Of a DNA stretch of 64,000 nucleotides, positions 60,958 to 64,000 are shown piece by piece; the first letter of the stretch is position 1; the number at the start of each line of letters is the position of its first letter. Position numbers and translations under genes: made by a program. Source of the stretch: an uncultured Acidobacteriota bacterium (lineage in GTDB: Bacteria > Acidobacteriota > Thermoanaerobaculia > Multivoradales > UBA5704); the NCBI GenBank assembly GCA_963700145.1, contig OY969474.1, positions 32,001-96,000 on the forward strand. Direction: 5' to 3'. A model generated the notes under the pieces. It ran no database searches and had not been told where the DNA came from. It saw only the letters and a program-made list of their open reading frames with translations.

Positions 60958-63900
60958 ATGAAGCATGCCGTCCGCAGGACGGGCCGGATCGCCGGTCTCT
61001 TCGGGCTGCTGGCCGCACTGGCCGGCGGTGCCGCGTGGGGCACGAAGCCCCCCGAGGAGTCGGGCGCCTACCTGAAGCAGAAGGAATTCTTCAAACCGGA
61101 GCTCTACATCAGCAGCTCCCACGCCGACCTCGAAGCCGTCGGCGGGCAGCTCCCCAACAAGAAGGCCTGGGACGACTACCAGAAAGGGCGCGCCGACAAG
61201 GGGAAGGCGAAGGCCAAGGCCTTCATCGACCCGCGCTCCGGCGCCGCCACCAACCTGATGCCGGCCGAGCCGCTGCTGCCCGGGCGCGGCGCCGGCAACG
61301 CGGTGACGCTCGAAGAGCTGGGGGCCAAGATCGGCAAGCAGCTCTCGAAGCTCGACGCCGTCGCGGTGGGCGACGCCGGCCTGCTCTTCGTGCGCGACTA
61401 CAAGGACGTCCTCGCCGTCGACCTCGATCAGCTCGGCGGCATCCGCACGACGCAGATCCACGACGGCCTCTGGCAGATCAGCATCCCGCAGACCTACAAG
61501 GGGGTGCCGGTGCGCCACGGCCGGCTGGTCGTCTCGATCAACAACGGCAACGTGGTGGTCGCCGGCGCCGAGACCTGGGCCAACGTCAAGGGCCTCTCGG
61601 TCAACGCCAAGGTGACCGCGGCCGCGGCGCTGGCGGCCGGCTTCGCCCACGCCGGCGGCGGCTCGGCGATGGACGAGATGCTCCGCCAGCCGACCCTCGA
61701 GATCATCCCGGTGGCGGCCAAGGAGCACGAGAACAACGGCAAGTTCGAGGGCCCGATCGGCGCCGGCTACAAGCACCGCCTGATCTGGAGCTTCGTCTTC
61801 CGGCGCCTGCCGGACGAGGCCGCCTGGGAGGTCATGGTCGACGCCCACGACGGCGAGGTGCTCGCCTTCCAGGACGCCAACCACTACGTCAACCAGTCGA
61901 TCACCGGCGGCGTCTACCCGGTGACCTCGACCGGGATCTGCCCGACCAACGGCACCTGCGGCATCATGCAGAGCGGCTGGCCGATGCCCTTCGCCGACAC
62001 CGGTCTCGCCTCGCCCAACAACTTCACCAACAGCGGCGGCATCTTCAACTACACCAGCGGCACGGCGACGACGACGCTCACCGGCCGCTACGTCGACATC
62101 GTCGACAACTGCGGCGCGATCAGCAACGGCGCCGCCGGCTCGATCAACCTCGGCGGCACCAACAACCAGCACGACTGCACGACCGGCGGCGGCTCGGCGG
62201 GCAACACGCCGGCCTCGCGCACGGCGTTCTACGAGCTCAACAAGATCGCCGAGCAGGCGCGCGGCTACCTGCCCTCCAACACCTGGCTGCAGGCGCGGCT
62301 GACCACCAACGTCAACATCAACCAGACCTGCAACGCCTTCTGGAGCCCGGCGGCGGGGACGGTCAACTTCTACCGCTCGGGCGGCGGCTGCCGCAACACC
62401 GGCGAGCTGGCCGGGGTCTTCGACCACGAGTGGGGCCACGGCATGGACGACAACGACGCCGGCGGCGGCCTCTCGAACTCCAGCGAGGCCTACGCCGACA
62501 TCGCGGCCATCTACCGCCTGCAGGACTCCTGCGTCGGCCACGGCTTCTTCCAGACCCTCGACGACGGCTGCGGCATGACCGCCGACGGCACCGGCTTCAA
62601 CTCCAACGAGGCGCAGCAGGGCGCCGCCCACTGCGACCTCAACTGCTCGGGGGTGCGCGACGCCGACTACCTGCGGCACAGCCCGAACACGCCGGACACC
62701 GCGCTCGGCTTCGTCTGCACTTCCTGCCTGGCGAGCACCGGCCCCTGCGGCCGGCAGGTGCACTGCGCCGCGGCACCATCGCGGCAGGCGGCCTGGGACC
62801 TGGTGGCGCGCGACCTCCAGCAGGCGCCCTTCAACCTCGACAGCCAGACGGCGTTCATCGTCGGCAACAAGCTCTTCTACCAGGGCAGCGGCAACATCGG
62901 CACGTGGCACGCCTGCACCTGCGGCGGCACTTCGTCGGGGTGCGGCGCGACCAACGCCTACATGCAGTGGATCACCGCCGACGACGACAACGGGAACCTC
63001 AACGACGGCACGCCGCACATGACGGCGATCTTCAACGCCTTCAACCGCCACGGCATCGCCTGCGCCACGCCGACGGCCGTCAACAGCGGCTGCGCGGCGG
63101 GCCCGAGCGTGGCGCCGACCCTCGGCGGCACGGCCGGTGACTACCTGTCGTCGCTGTCGTGGAACTCGGTCTCCGGCGCCACCCGCTACTGGGTGTTCCG
63201 CACCGAGGGGCATGCCGGCTGCAACTTCGGCAAGACGCTGATCGCCGAGACCACCGGCCTCTCTTACACCGACACCCAGGTGGCGGCCGGCCGCCTGTAC
63301 TCCTACAACGTGGTCGCCGCGGGGTCCTCCTCGGCCTGTTACGGCCGAGCGAGCAACTGCGTGCAGGTCACCCCGACCGCCGGCGCGCCGACGCCGGACT
63401 TCAGCATCGCGTGCAGCCCGTCGAGCCTGACGGTGACCCAGGGGAGCAACACGAGCACGACCTGCACCGTGACCTCGATCAACGGCTTCTCGAGCCTGGT
63501 GACGCTGTCGTGCGCCAACCTGCCGTCGGGCTCCTCCTGCGGCTTCAGCCCGGCCTCGGTCACCCCGCCGGCCAACGGCACGGCCAACAGCACCCTGACC
63601 GTCACGGCGACGGCCGGGGCCGCGACCGGCACCTTCACCATCCAGGCGCAGGGGACGAGCGGCGCGACGCGCAGCACCAACCTCTCGCTCACCGTCAATC
63701 CGAGCGGCGGCGGCGGGGCGCAGAACGCGGTCTTCGACGGTGTCCTCCAGGCCCCGAAGTGCGCCACCGTCGGCATCTCCTGCGACTCCGGCGCGACGCT
63801 CCTCCTCGGCCGCGACAACATGAGCGGCGGGGTCGAGCCGAACCAGCCGAACACCATCAACGACTCCTGCGCCGACGGCGCCTCGGGCACCTTCCACGTC

Positions 63901-64000
63901 GACGAGTCGAACGACCGCATCAAGGTCTCGACGACCGACGGCACCAACTTCGCGCCGGGCAAGACGGTGCGGATCGACGCCACGGTGTGGGTGTGGAGCG
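60958..64000 (+). CDS. Large secreted gluzincin metallopeptidase (M4/M36-like) with propeptide and C-terminal FN3/Ig-like domains, 3' end outside window
   Basis: RBS GAGGAGG, MKHAVRRTGRIAGLFGLLAALAGGAAWG, propeptide QTYKGVPV and WEVMVDAHDGEV, CNAFW, FDHEWGHG (His codon at 62425), SSEAYADI. Absent from the ORF track because there is no stop. Confidence 0.88.
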   Translation, partial: MKHAVRRTGRIAGLFGLLAALAGGAAWGTKPPEESGAYLKQKEFFKPELYISSSHADLEAVGGQLPNKKAWDDYQKGRADKGKAKAKAFIDPRSGAATNLMPAEPLLPGRGAGNAVTLEELGAKIGKQLSKLDAVAVGDAGLLFVRDYKDVLAVDLDQLGGIRTTQIHDGLWQISIPQTYKGVPVRHGRLVVSINNGNVVVAGAETWANVKGLSVNAKVTAAAALAAGFAHAGGGSAMDEMLRQPTLEIIPVAAKEHENNGKFEGPIGAGYKHRLIWSFVFRRLPDEAAWEVMVDAHDGEVLAFQDANHYVNQSITGGVYPVTSTGICPTNGTCGIMQSGWPMPFADTGLASPNNFTNSGGIFNYTSGTATTTLTGRYVDIVDNCGAISNGAAGSINLGGTNNQHDCTTGGGSAGNTPASRTAFYELNKIAEQARGYLPSNTWLQARLTTNVNINQTCNAFWSPAAGTVNFYRSGGGCRNTGELAGVFDHEWGHGMDDNDAGGGLSNSSEAYADIAAIYRLQDSCVGHGFFQTLDDGCGMTADGTGFNSNEAQQGAAHCDLNCSGVRDADYLRHSPNTPDTALGFVCTSCLASTGPCGRQVHCAAAPSRQAAWDLVARDLQQAPFNLDSQTAFIVGNKLFYQGSGNIGTWHACTCGGTSSGCGATNAYMQWITADDDNGNLNDGTPHMTAIFNAFNRHGIACATPTAVNSGCAAGPSVAPTLGGTAGDYLSSLSWNSVSGATRYWVFRTEGHAGCNFGKTLIAETTGLSYTDTQVAAGRLYSYNVVAAGSSSACYGRASNCVQVTPTAGAPTPDFSIACSPSSLTVTQGSNTSTTCTVTSINGFSSLVTLSCANLPSGSSCGFSPASVTPPANGTANSTLTVTATAGAATGTFTIQAQGTSGATRSTNLSLTVNPSGGGGAQNAVFDGVLQAPKCATVGISCDSGATLLLGRDNMSGGVEPNQPNTINDSCADGASGTFHVDESNDRIKVSTTDGTNFAPGKTVRIDATVWVWS

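Overview
High-GC bacterial DNA. The secreted-protein repertoire (FWFFxxxNVELxVKVxDxC domain, TPCRLVDTR domain, CRTAC1/ASPIC+TPR, Oar-like TonB receptor motifs) suggests Acidobacteriota, probably Thermoanaerobaculia (inference). Single-base frameshifts cluster in patches (about 4.7-7.5, 20.7-22.1, 25.3-25.8 and 37.3-41.8 kb), which looks like long-read assembly error. Left to right: ku (partial), a 21-nt-register repeat array, an XRE regulator, tRNA-Phe, an MNT-HEPN pair plus an orphan MNT, a type III R-M system, orphan antitoxins and two secreted proteins. Next is a 13.4-kb candidate immunity/conflict island: SIR2-like-TIR, nSTAND1-TM-WD40-ankyrin-Sel1, trypsin-NucA nuclease fusion, lipase-like hydrolase, TPR-S-trypsin and a convergent deoxyribohydrolase-like-TPR-S gene. 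Then come hydrolases, vapBC, an unusual VIT-vWA-TonB-receptor fusion, a form II cox (molybdenum hydroxylase) cluster, a small poly-Ile protein, mtnC/D/B, TMEM175 and a sugar ABC ATPase whose 3' end is duplicated around a second vapBC. The window ends with a second 21-nt-register array split by a complete IS256-family element, higA with a higB remnant, another MNT-HEPN pair, a radical SAM enzyme, CRTAC1+TPR and a large secreted gluzincin peptidase running off the end. The best candidate for an undescribed system is the TPR-S/protease/nuclease/lipase module together with the adjacent SIR2-TIR/STAND pair. All family calls come from motif recognition by eye; no database searches were run.
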